Source: an uncultured delta proteobacterium (GTDB lineage Bacteria; Desulfobacterota; Binatia; UBA9968). Taken from it: a stretch of DNA of 64,000 nt. The translations under genes were made by a program, and so were the position numbers. Below the pieces are notes generated by a model that ran no database searches, had not been told where the DNA came from, and saw only the letters and a list, made by a program, of their open reading frames with translations. The DNA is taken from positions 1,088,001 through 1,152,000 of the forward strand of contig CAVYTU010000017.1 of assembly GCA_963771465.1 (NCBI GenBank), given 5' to 3'. How positions within the stretch are numbered: the first letter of the stretch is position 1; every line of letters starts with the position of its first letter. Positions 48,855 through 57,783 of this stretch are shown here, piece after piece.

Positions 48855-49712
48855 CTATCGGCTCAGTGCTTCTTCGATCGCACGCGCAACATAGACGTGG
48901 GTGAGATGGGCGCGATATTCAGACGAGCCGTTGATGTCTTCGATGACTTCCACGTTGCGCGTCGACTCGGCGGCGGCTTGTTCGATTAGTGCCGTATCCA
49001 GTTTCTTTCCCGTTAGCAATTGTTCAGTTCTCTCTGGCCGATAGGCTTTGTCCGTCACGCCGGTTATGCCGATCGCCGCGCGGCTGCAAACTCCGCCATT
49101 ATCAACAGCTAAACGCACTGCCACGCCGGTCACGGCAAATCCCGAAGAGCGTGGCGCGGCTTTTTGATAAGCCGTCTTGTCGCTCCCGGTGACCGGCACT
49201 CTGATAGCGGTCACGATTTCATCCGGTTCTAACACGCTCATCAATAGGCCGAGAAAAAATTCATCGCACTTGACCCAGCGTTCGCCGCTGGGACCGTAGA
49301 CTTTGATCTCGGCATCGAGAGCCATCATCGTTGCCGGCCAATCGCCGGCGGGATCGGCGTGAGCGACACTGCCACCGAGGGTGCCACGGTTGCGTACTTG
49401 CACGTCGGCGATGGTGGTCGCGGTTTGCGGTAGCAGAGGGCATTTGGCTTTGAGCAGATCGGAATATTCGATTTGTTCGTGGGTGACCAGGGCGCCGATG
49501 ACGAGATCGTTGCCGTCCTGCTTGATCGTATCGAGGCCGGGAATACGGCCGATGTCGACAACATAGGCGGGCTTTGACAAGCGCATCTTCATCAATGGCA
49601 GCAAGCTTTGCCCGCCGGAAAGTATTTTTACGTCGTCTTTGTGTTCCGAGAGAAATCTAACCGCGTCGCTTAAAGAACGGGGCGCGTAATAGTCGAAAGC
49701 ACCGGGAATCAT
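48855..49712 (-). CDS. Xanthine dehydrogenase family FAD-binding subunit (CoxM-like)
   Basis: SGGQSLLPLMKMR, QVRNRGTLGGS..HADPAGD. Confidence 0.92.
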   Translation of the reverse strand: MIPGAFDYYAPRSLSDAVRFLSEHKDDVKILSGGQSLLPLMKMRLSKPAYVVDIGRIPGLDTIKQDGNDLVIGALVTHEQIEYSDLLKAKCPLLPQTATTIADVQVRNRGTLGGSVAHADPAGDWPATMMALDAEIKVYGPSGERWVKCDEFFLGLLMSVLEPDEIVTAIRVPVTGSDKTAYQKAAPRSSGFAVTGVAVRLAVDNGGVCSRAAIGITGVTDKAYRPERTEQLLTGKKLDTALIEQAAAESTRNVEVIEDINGSSEYRAHLTHVYVARAIEEALSR

Positions 49713-49714
49713 GG

Positions 49715-52141
49715 CTAGAAAGTCCTCCGCTCTTTTTCGGGATTGTGATTGACCAGACGCCAGACCACTTCCGGCGTGATCGGCAGTTCACAAACCTTCA
49801 CACCGAACGGTTGCAGCGCGTCTTCGACGGCGCTGGCAATGGCGGCGGGTGAGGGGATCGCCGCGCCTTCACCGGCGGCTTTTTGGCCGAGGGAAGTGAA
49901 AGGTGAAGGCGACGGTTGATGGATAACCTCGATGCGCGGTGTCTCGGCGGTGGAGCATTTGCCGTAATCCAAGTAAGTGATCGTCAATGGTTGGCCGTCC
50001 GGGCTGTACATGAAGCCTTCACCGAGAGCGATGGCGATACCATGTGCCGCTGAGCCGTAGACTTGGCCGTTGACGACGTCGGGATTGATCACCGTGCCGT
50101 TGTCGCCGACGATCAGATAGCGCAACACATGCACCGAGCCGGTGTTCTTGTCGACTTCGACAACCGCCGCGTGGGCGCCGGCGGAAAAAGTAAACTGCGC
50201 CCGCACCCTACGGTCAGCGCCGGGTACGATATTCGGCTTGGCATGCGGAAACGTGTAGTAGTGCGTCGCTTCCAGTCCGGCTTCCATGTCATCGGGAATC
50301 AGATGCTGATTGTTGTAAGCGATGCGGCCCAATTCGGCGAAAGTGATTTGTTTCGCCGCCGCGCCGGGCACTTTCACGACACTGTCTTCGATAACCAACT
50401 CGGACGGATCGACTTTGAGGTTATACGCCGCAAGCTTGAGAATTTTCTCGCGCAACTTGGTCGCCGCGCCGTGAATCGCGCCGATATCGTAGAGATGAAA
50501 ATTATTGCCGCTGTTGGCGGCCGCCACACCCCAGGACGACAGATCGCTATCGAAGGGAATGCTGGTGCTGATTTTATCCGGCGTCGCGCCGAGTATGTCG
50601 GCGGCGACCTGTGCGGTCGTGGTCTCATGCGCCTGGCCGCAATTGGGCGAGCCTAAATGAAGCGTCAGAGTGCCGTTCTTTTCCAATTTGATTTTTGCCC
50701 CGTTGACGCCGCCGGAGCCGGGCGGCTCCTTCATCTCGGGAAAGATCGCCATGTCGCGCGCCGCATTGCGCCCGCCGGGCTCGACGCCAATGACGATGCC
50801 GATACCCATGAGCTTGCCCTGTGCGCGGCCGTTTTTCTGCTCTTCTCGGAGCTTGTCGTAGTCGATTTTTTCCAAGAGGGTTTTTAACAGACCGGGATAA
50901 TCGCCGCTGTCGTAAATGTTGCCGCTGATGGTGCTGTAAGGCATTTCATTGGCCTGGATCAAATTTTTGCGCCGCACTTCGATGGGGCTTAAGTTAAGCG
51001 CCTGAGCGACCCGGTCCATCATCCGTTCCCAGATAAAACACATGCCGGGTTTGCCGATGCCGCGGTTGGGTATGACCGGACACTTGTTGGTCACCACCGC
51101 GTTGCCTTCCATGTAAATGGCTGGCGTCTTGTACGTGTTCGACAAATTGTTGAGCTTGTTGGTGAAGTGAATCGTCAGCGTGCTGATCGAGCCGCCGACG
51201 TCGTCGTATTCTTTGAACTTGAGACCGAGCACCGTGCCGTCGTTTTTCACCGCGGCTTCGGCTTCAACTTCCTGGGCGCAAGCATGGCCGCCGGCCATCA
51301 TATGTTCAGTGCGGTCTTCGATCCATTTTACCGGCCGGCCGGTTTTCATCGCTAGCAGCGATACCAGCACGACGTACTTACGGATCAAATGAATCTTCTG
51401 GCCGAAACCGCCGCCGACATCGGGAATGATCACGCGGACATCTTGCAGACCGAGCGCTTCGCGCAGCCCGTCGTAAATGACCTCCGGCACTTGTGCCGTA
51501 ACCCAGACGGTCAGACGCTTGCTGGCGGCGTCATAGGACGCGATCACCACGAACGGTTCGAGCGGCGTCGAGCTGTATCGGTGAATTTTCAAAGTCTCTT
51601 TGACGACCCGGTCGGCGGACTTAAACGCCGCGTCGATGTCGCCGTATTGCAAAGAGCCGGTCCACGCGAGGTTCGTGCCGAGCTCGTCGAACAATGCCGC
51701 CGATGACGGCTTGATCGCTTCATGCACGTCGACGTTAGCCCGCAGCGGTTCGTAGTCGACTTGGATCAATTCGAGCGCGTCTTCCGCCGTGCCGCGGTCT
51801 TTGGCCGCCACCGCGCCAATCGGTTCGCCGACATAGCGGACTTTTTCCACCGCGCCGGCGTATTCGTCAATCGGTCTTTTCAAACCGGCCGCATAACGGC
51901 CGGGCTTGAACGGCTGGGTCAGCTTTTTCACGTCGTCCGGCGTGATCGTCGCGAAGACGTTGGGATTCTTCAACGCTTCGGCGGGATCGACGGAAATAAT
52001 TTTCGCGTGCGCGTGGGGGCTGCGCAAAATCATCGCCTGGAGCATGCCGGGCATGGTGAAATCGTCGGTGAACAGACCTTTACCGGTGACGTGACGCGGG
52101 CCTTCTTTGCTGCGCGAACGATTGCCGACGAACTTAGCCAT
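49715..52141 (-). CDS. Xanthine dehydrogenase family molybdopterin subunit
   Basis: LRSPHAHA, DVGGGFGQK, PNRGIG, GQAHET, KAAGEG. Confidence 0.92.
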   Translation of the reverse strand: MAKFVGNRSRSKEGPRHVTGKGLFTDDFTMPGMLQAMILRSPHAHAKIISVDPAEALKNPNVFATITPDDVKKLTQPFKPGRYAAGLKRPIDEYAGAVEKVRYVGEPIGAVAAKDRGTAEDALELIQVDYEPLRANVDVHEAIKPSSAALFDELGTNLAWTGSLQYGDIDAAFKSADRVVKETLKIHRYSSTPLEPFVVIASYDAASKRLTVWVTAQVPEVIYDGLREALGLQDVRVIIPDVGGGFGQKIHLIRKYVVLVSLLAMKTGRPVKWIEDRTEHMMAGGHACAQEVEAEAAVKNDGTVLGLKFKEYDDVGGSISTLTIHFTNKLNNLSNTYKTPAIYMEGNAVVTNKCPVIPNRGIGKPGMCFIWERMMDRVAQALNLSPIEVRRKNLIQANEMPYSTISGNIYDSGDYPGLLKTLLEKIDYDKLREEQKNGRAQGKLMGIGIVIGVEPGGRNAARDMAIFPEMKEPPGSGGVNGAKIKLEKNGTLTLHLGSPNCGQAHETTTAQVAADILGATPDKISTSIPFDSDLSSWGVAAANSGNNFHLYDIGAIHGAATKLREKILKLAAYNLKVDPSELVIEDSVVKVPGAAAKQITFAELGRIAYNNQHLIPDDMEAGLEATHYYTFPHAKPNIVPGADRRVRAQFTFSAGAHAAVVEVDKNTGSVHVLRYLIVGDNGTVINPDVVNGQVYGSAAHGIAIALGEGFMYSPDGQPLTITYLDYGKCSTAETPRIEVIHQPSPSPFTSLGQKAAGEGAAIPSPAAIASAVEDALQPFGVKVCELPITPEVVWRLVNHNPEKERRTF

Positions 52142-52607
52142 CTTTGATTCCCTTTGCCGCTTCTTTCACGGCGTCGACGATCTGCACGTAGCCGGTGCAC
52201 ATGCAAAGATTGCCCGCCAGCGCTTTGCGGATTTCCTCTTCCGTGGGATTCGGATTACGTTGCAACAGTGCCTGGCTGGTCATGACCATGCCCGGTGTGC
52301 AGTAGCCGCATTGAAACGCGTAGTTTTTGACGAACGCTTCCTGCACCGCATTGAGCTCGCCATCTTTGGCCAAACCTTCGATGGTGGTGATCTCGTGGCC
52401 GTCCGCTTGGACAGCGAAGTGTAGGCAAGACTTTACCACTTTACCGTCGAGCAGCACGGAACAAGCGCCGCATTCGCCGATCACGCAGCCGACGTGAGTG
52501 CCAGTGAGACCGATAGTTTCGCGGAGAAAATGCGCCAGTAAAATACGCGGCTCGACATCTTCTTCATAGAGCCGGCCGTTGATGGTCACCTGAATGGTTT
52601 GTTTCAT
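52134..52607 (-). CDS. [2Fe-2S] subunit (CoxS-like)
   Basis: GCVIGECGAC, QCGYCTPG, NLCMCTGY. Confidence 0.95.
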   Translation of the reverse strand: MKQTIQVTINGRLYEEDVEPRILLAHFLRETIGLTGTHVGCVIGECGACSVLLDGKVVKSCLHFAVQADGHEITTIEGLAKDGELNAVQEAFVKNYAFQCGYCTPGMVMTSQALLQRNPNPTEEEIRKALAGNLCMCTGYVQIVDAVKEAAKGIKDG

Positions 52608-52787
52608 GAAGCCGGAGAATATCTGTAGAGATTCAGTGAATCAAGCTTCCGGGCAACTTGCGCGAGGGTAGAGAACCTCGAACTTTACTTTCCCAACGGC
52701 ATTGATTTCATTGCGAAGGCTTTGTTTCGGCGGCGACGCGGCGTTAACGAGTTTTACGGACGAAGTGAGTCAAGCGATTGCAGTTAA

Positions 52788-52811
52788 TTCCCTCGCAGCT
52801 TGCTGCGGGAA
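52788..52811. repeat. CCCGCAGCTTGCTGCGGG-type palindromic element
   Basis: ttccctcgcagc-tt-gctgcgggaa intergenic hairpin. Confidence 0.45.
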
Positions 52812-52989
52812 ATTTCATCAATTGCGGGCAGTCGAACCGAAGTCTCGCTTGATGGTATCGGGCGGCGTCCACTACGCCGCCCGAATAGAGAAGGGGAGGT
52901 CGTGAGTGCGAGGTTTGAGTTTTGACCTACTTTGGGTCCGAGTCGATCAACTTCGCGAGGCTCTTACGGCGCGTGCCCGGGGGCATTTC

Positions 52990-53778
52990 TCAGTTCGCTC
53001 TGCTGATCGGCCGCGCATCGGCGGACCGCACATATCCCGGAGGATTGCCGCGGTTTGACCGCACTTCGAGCCATTCGCCCGCAGCGCTTACGACGTTAAG
53101 CCGCGTGCCTGTGCCGATTTGCGAGATAACGCGCGCCGTCGATGACGCATTCTCATAGACCGATGTCGCCTGGGTTGTTTCATAGACCCCCGGCTCGACT
53201 GTTCGTCTTGCCGCAACCGGCTGAGGTAACGGCGGAGTCGTGTCCGGCGCGCGCCATGTAGGTCTCCTAACAGGCACGGATCGGCTCGCGATCGAACGAT
53301 TTGTTTCACGGGTGGCGGCTCCAAGCCGCTGCTGTGATGCCGTGACCGCTTTCTGGCTTTCCTCTAGTTTGCTCGTCATTTCAGCGACATTTTTAGAGTT
53401 TTCGCTTAGTTGTTGCTGTAGTTGCGAGAGCTGGGCATGCTGGCTTTGAATAATCTGATCCTTTACTTGGAGCTGTTTTGAGTTCGCCTGCGATAACGCC
53501 GCTAGCTCGCTGCGTTGGATGTACCCGCCGGCCAAAAAGGCGCTCAAAACGACAACGAGCATGGCGACGGACCAGATAAACTTCGAAGGGATTGGGGATT
53601 TCTTCTTGCTATTCAATTCAATGCGAGGCTCCGACGATGGCTCCTTACGGTTAAGCCACTTAGGGGCAATCCCCGATAACAGATCGGCCTTGCAATAAGA
53701 ACATTTCACAGCATCTTCGTCGATGCTGTTGGCACAGTACGGGCAAAGTCGCGTCCGCTTGGTGGTTTCTTCGATCAT
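52990..53778 (-). CDS. Zinc-ribbon + TM + coiled-coil + SH3b domain protein
   Basis: CPYC..CSYC, hydrophobic segment, Q-rich coil, C-terminal VISQI..GTRLNV...WLEV...GYV. Confidence 0.75.
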   Translation of the reverse strand: MIEETTKRTRLCPYCANSIDEDAVKCSYCKADLLSGIAPKWLNRKEPSSEPRIELNSKKKSPIPSKFIWSVAMLVVVLSAFLAGGYIQRSELAALSQANSKQLQVKDQIIQSQHAQLSQLQQQLSENSKNVAEMTSKLEESQKAVTASQQRLGAATRETNRSIASRSVPVRRPTWRAPDTTPPLPQPVAARRTVEPGVYETTQATSVYENASSTARVISQIGTGTRLNVVSAAGEWLEVRSNRGNPPGYVRSADARPISRAN

Positions 53779-54006
53779 AACTTTCCATCCTTAGCGCAGG
53801 GTTAATGATATCTTCGTATTCGGCAAGGCGCCACCCCGTTAGACGTACGGAAAGCCCAAATGTGAATATCGCCTCCTGGGGGCGCTGATCCCCCGAAAAA
53901 TTTCAAGGTGTGCTTGAACCAGTCGACAATTTCAATGCCCCTAAGCTTGGAACCGAGGCTGGTTCATTAGGCCGTTATTGGAAACGGCTTGGAGGGCGGG
54001 AGCAAG

Positions 54007-54867
54007 TCAACTCGCGCGCTGCAGCGCTTCTTTGGCGGCGCGCTGGACCAAAACTTTGACCATTTCGCGTTTATAGTCAGCCGAGCCGCGGTTGTCGTCC
54101 ACTGGATCGGTTTCGCTAGCGGCGACTTCGCCCATCTGGCGGAGCACCGCGTCGTCGATTGCTTTGCCGCGTAGAGTTTCTTCGGCTTGCTTGGCGCGCA
54201 CGATTGTCGATGCGACGGAATTCAACCCCAGACGAACATCTTCACAGATTCCGTTCTTAACGCTTAACGTGATCGCTACCCCTACGGTGGCGAAGTCTTC
54301 GACGCTGCGCGGGGTGAATTTGATGTGCGACCAGCCACGACGGCTTGGCGGTGGTACGCGAATCTCGGTCAGCAGCTCGCCGTCATGGAGCGCGGTCTGA
54401 TAATAGTCGATAAAAAATTCATCGAGTTTCACGGTCCGCTGTCCAGCGCGGCTAGTGAGGACAACTTCGGCGTCGAGGGCAATCAGGCTTGCGCCAGGAT
54501 CGGTCAACGGATCGCCGGCGGCGAGGTTGCCGCCGATGGTGCCCATGTTGCGAATGCGCGGCTGGGCGACGTTATGAAATGTCTCGTGCAAAATCGGGTA
54601 GTGTTTTTTGATCACCGGCGACAATTCGATGTCGCGATGGCGCGCGCCGGCGCCGATGCGTAGGCCGGTCTTTGCGTTGAAGCTGATCGTGTCGAACTTG
54701 GGTATTCTCGCTAAGCTTATGACCATCTTCGGCATCAAAAGCCGCTGGCGCATCATAATCAGCAACGACGTGCCGCCGGCGATGACGCGGCCATCGTCGC
54801 CGTGCTTTTCCATCAACGCCAGCACCTTCTTGAGGCTCGTCGGTTCGAGATAGTCGAAGCGAATCAT
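54007..54867 (-). CDS. Xanthine dehydrogenase family FAD-binding subunit
   Basis: AGGTSL, RIRNMGTIGGN. Confidence 0.92.
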   Translation of the reverse strand: MIRFDYLEPTSLKKVLALMEKHGDDGRVIAGGTSLLIMMRQRLLMPKMVISLARIPKFDTISFNAKTGLRIGAGARHRDIELSPVIKKHYPILHETFHNVAQPRIRNMGTIGGNLAAGDPLTDPGASLIALDAEVVLTSRAGQRTVKLDEFFIDYYQTALHDGELLTEIRVPPPSRRGWSHIKFTPRSVEDFATVGVAITLSVKNGICEDVRLGLNSVASTIVRAKQAEETLRGKAIDDAVLRQMGEVAASETDPVDDNRGSADYKREMVKVLVQRAAKEALQRAS

Positions 54868-57146
54868 GACTCGGCTTTCTCTTTGAGCGCGCGCAGGATC
54901 TTTTCGGGTGTGATCGGCAGGGTTTTCACGCGCACGCCGACCGCATCGAAAATCGCATTGTTGATCACCGCTGCGGTGGGATCCATATTGAGTTCGCCTA
55001 AACCTTTGGCGCCGAACGGTCCGGTCGGTTCATAGGAATCGGCGAAGGCATGCTCGAGCGGCGGCATGTCGCGCATGGAGGGAATCCGGTAGTCGGAAAA
55101 GTTTGGATTGATCGGCCTGCCTTCATCGATTTGCAAACCTTCGGTGAGGGCGTAGCCGATGCCCTGCGCTAACCCGCCTTCAACCTGGCCCTCGGCGCCG
55201 AGCGGATAAATCACCGTGCCGCAGTCCGAGGCGACGACCATTTGCAAAACTTTTACTTGGCCGGTTTCCGGATCGACGTGAACTTGCGCGGCCTGAACGC
55301 CGTAATTGTAAGCGCCGGACTCGTTGCCGAAGCGCGTGCTGTCGGGCAACACCGAGTCAGCATCGAAACTGCCGGAGCCGACGATCGGCGCGCCGTTGTG
55401 GCGGAATAAACGAGCGCGGGCGACATCGGAAACCGTCACCGACTTGCCTTCGGCGCCCTTAACGAAAATCCTGCCGTCGCGCGACATCAAGTCGGCGGCG
55501 TTGGCTTCCAACATTTCCGCGGCTTGCTCGAAGAGTTGCTGCTTAACGTTAGTCGCTGCGTTCTTCACGGCATTGCCGCTGACGTAGGTAAGCCGGCTCG
55601 CGAAAGCGCCGAGGCAAAATGTCGTGAGATCGGTGTCGGCGCGGGAGATTTCCACGTCTTCGATCGGCACTCCCAACTCTTCCGCGGCGATCTGGCACAT
55701 CGCGGTGTGCACGCCTTGGCCGCATTCGCCTTCGCCGCTGAGTATTAGCGCTTTGCCATCTTCATTGATCTTGATCGTTGCCGAGCTGCCGTCGTAGTCA
55801 CCGAAATGGCGCTTGCCGCTGACGTGCACCGTGCAAGCCAAGCCGAGTCCGGTGTTCGGCGTTTTGTTGGCACGCTTGGCTTTCCAGTCGATCATCTTTT
55901 CGGTCATGTCGAGGCATTGCTTAAGCTCGCAGCTGGTGACGCGATTGCCATGGGGCGAGACGTAGCCGACTTCGGCCGCGTTTATCCTGGCGATTTCCAT
56001 CGGATCGATACCGAGAGCGTGGGCGCCGAGATCGATGGCTTGCTCCACCGCCCACTCGGCGGATGGATTGCCGAAACCGCGAAATGCGCCAGTGGGAACT
56101 TTGTTGGTGTAAATCAATTTGGCGTCGATCTTGACGTCGGAATATTTATAGCAAGTGTCATGGCGCATGGCGGCGACGCCGGTAATTGCCGGTGCTTTGG
56201 CCGAGTAGGCGCCGTTGTCGGCGATCACGTTCAATTCTTTGGCGCGGATGCGGCCGTCTTTCTTGAAACCCATCTTGACGTTGATCTTCATGAATACCCG
56301 CGGCCGGCAGCCGGCGAGAAATTCTTCTTCCCGGCTGTTGATGAGCTTGACCGGCTTGCGCGCTTTCTTGGCCAACACAGCGGCCACCAGCGCGTTATTG
56401 TCGTCACAAGACTTGCCGCCGAAGCCGCCGCCGACGGCGCTCTGAATGATGCGCACGTCGGTTTCCGGCACACCCAACGCCGTGGCGATGCGATAGCGTG
56501 CGTTGAACAGCGTCTGGGTGTTCATGTAGATGGTGTATTTGCCGCTGGTGGCGTATTCCGCCACGCTGCCAATGGTTTCGATGGAGCAGTGCCACTGCGG
56601 CATGCTGGTGAAAGTGTCCTCGACGATCACGTCGGACTCGGCGAAGGCTTGGGCGATATTGCCACGCTCGAGATCTAAGTGCATGGCAATATTATTGGGC
56701 TTGTCGTCGTGCACTAACGGCGCGTCGTTTTTCATCGCATCTTCGGCGTCGAACACGCCCGGTAACGGTTCCCAATCCACTTCGATCAGGTCGATCGCTT
56801 CTTCCGCGATGTCTGGATCGATCGCGGCGACCGCCGCAACCTCCTCACCGACGTAACGGGTTTTACCGACGGAGAGAATATACTGGTCAGCAAAAAATGC
56901 GCCCCAAGGACGCTTGATCGTGTCCTCGGCGGTGACGACGGCGCGCACGCCCGGCAACTTCTCGGCTTTGCTGATGTCGATATTGCGAATGCGCGCGTGG
57001 GGGAAGGGGCTGCGCAGGACTTTTCCGACCAGCATGGCCGGCAGGTAAATATCGGCGATGTAAGCGGAGTCGCCGGTCACCTTGTCGAAGCCTTCGATCC
57101 GCTGCACGCGTTTGCCGACGACGGAAAAGTTTTGTGCTTTTGACAT
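54864..57146 (-). CDS. Xanthine dehydrogenase family molybdopterin subunit (4-hydroxybenzoyl-CoA reductase alpha-like)
   Basis: VGGGFGGK, GAFRGFG, ECGQG, FASR, GPFGAKGLGE. Confidence 0.9.
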   Translation of the reverse strand: MSKAQNFSVVGKRVQRIEGFDKVTGDSAYIADIYLPAMLVGKVLRSPFPHARIRNIDISKAEKLPGVRAVVTAEDTIKRPWGAFFADQYILSVGKTRYVGEEVAAVAAIDPDIAEEAIDLIEVDWEPLPGVFDAEDAMKNDAPLVHDDKPNNIAMHLDLERGNIAQAFAESDVIVEDTFTSMPQWHCSIETIGSVAEYATSGKYTIYMNTQTLFNARYRIATALGVPETDVRIIQSAVGGGFGGKSCDDNNALVAAVLAKKARKPVKLINSREEEFLAGCRPRVFMKINVKMGFKKDGRIRAKELNVIADNGAYSAKAPAITGVAAMRHDTCYKYSDVKIDAKLIYTNKVPTGAFRGFGNPSAEWAVEQAIDLGAHALGIDPMEIARINAAEVGYVSPHGNRVTSCELKQCLDMTEKMIDWKAKRANKTPNTGLGLACTVHVSGKRHFGDYDGSSATIKINEDGKALILSGEGECGQGVHTAMCQIAAEELGVPIEDVEISRADTDLTTFCLGAFASRLTYVSGNAVKNAATNVKQQLFEQAAEMLEANAADLMSRDGRIFVKGAEGKSVTVSDVARARLFRHNGAPIVGSGSFDADSVLPDSTRFGNESGAYNYGVQAAQVHVDPETGQVKVLQMVVASDCGTVIYPLGAEGQVEGGLAQGIGYALTEGLQIDEGRPINPNFSDYRIPSMRDMPPLEHAFADSYEPTGPFGAKGLGELNMDPTAAVINNAIFDAVGVRVKTLPITPEKILRALKEKAES

Positions 57147-57227
57147 GATGCTCTCGTCTTAACGTTGGCGGTTTCTTGGATGAGGCCCTTGGCAATGCTA
57201 AGGGCGAGATGATGCTAACAAAGGCGA

Positions 57228-57779
57228 TCAGCTCGTTTTCGCTACCGGCTTATAAACGTCCAGGCTCTGAATCTTCGCCGTATAGTCGCGTTTGCGAAAG
57301 GCGTAATTGGGATCGAGCTTGTTGTTGACCACGGCCATGATCGATTCGAGAATTTTATAGTAACCGGTGCAGCGGCAGAGATTGCCCGACATCCAATCTT
57401 TGACTTCTACTTCCGTCGGGCTGGGATTCTCATCGAGTAGCGCTTTGGCGGCCATGATTTGACCGGGCGTGCAGATGCCGCACTGAAAGCCGCCGTACTC
57501 AATGAAGGCCTGCTGCAGCGGATGAAGCTTGCCGTCTTGCGCCAGACCTTCAATGGTTTCGATCTTTTTGCCGACGCAGCCAGCGGCGAGGGTGAGGCAT
57601 GAGCTCACCAGCCGGCCGTCGACGATAACGCTGCACGCGCCGCACACGCCGATGCTGCAACCTTCTTTGGTGCCGGTGAGACCGATGGTGTCGCGCAGCA
57701 CTTGCAGGAGCAAGCGATTGGCTTCAACTTCGACCTCGTAGGATTGGCCATTGACGTCGAGGGTCAGTTGCTTTTTCAT
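57228..57779 (-). CDS. [2Fe-2S] subunit
   Basis: GCSIGVCGAC, QCGICTPG, NLCRCTGY. Confidence 0.95.
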   Translation of the reverse strand: MKKQLTLDVNGQSYEVEVEANRLLLQVLRDTIGLTGTKEGCSIGVCGACSVIVDGRLVSSCLTLAAGCVGKKIETIEGLAQDGKLHPLQQAFIEYGGFQCGICTPGQIMAAKALLDENPSPTEVEVKDWMSGNLCRCTGYYKILESIMAVVNNKLDPNYAFRKRDYTAKIQSLDVYKPVAKTS

Positions 57780-57783
57780 CGCG

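Noticed and set aside
48855-52607. Aerobic CO dehydrogenase (coxMSL form I)
   Set aside because: The large subunit lacks AYxCSFR, the gene order is S-L-M, and there are no coxDEFG accessory genes.
48855-57779. Selenium-dependent molybdenum hydroxylase system, given proximity to the Sec genes
   Set aside because: No YqeB/YqeC-type accessory genes or selD are seen; adjacency alone is insufficient.
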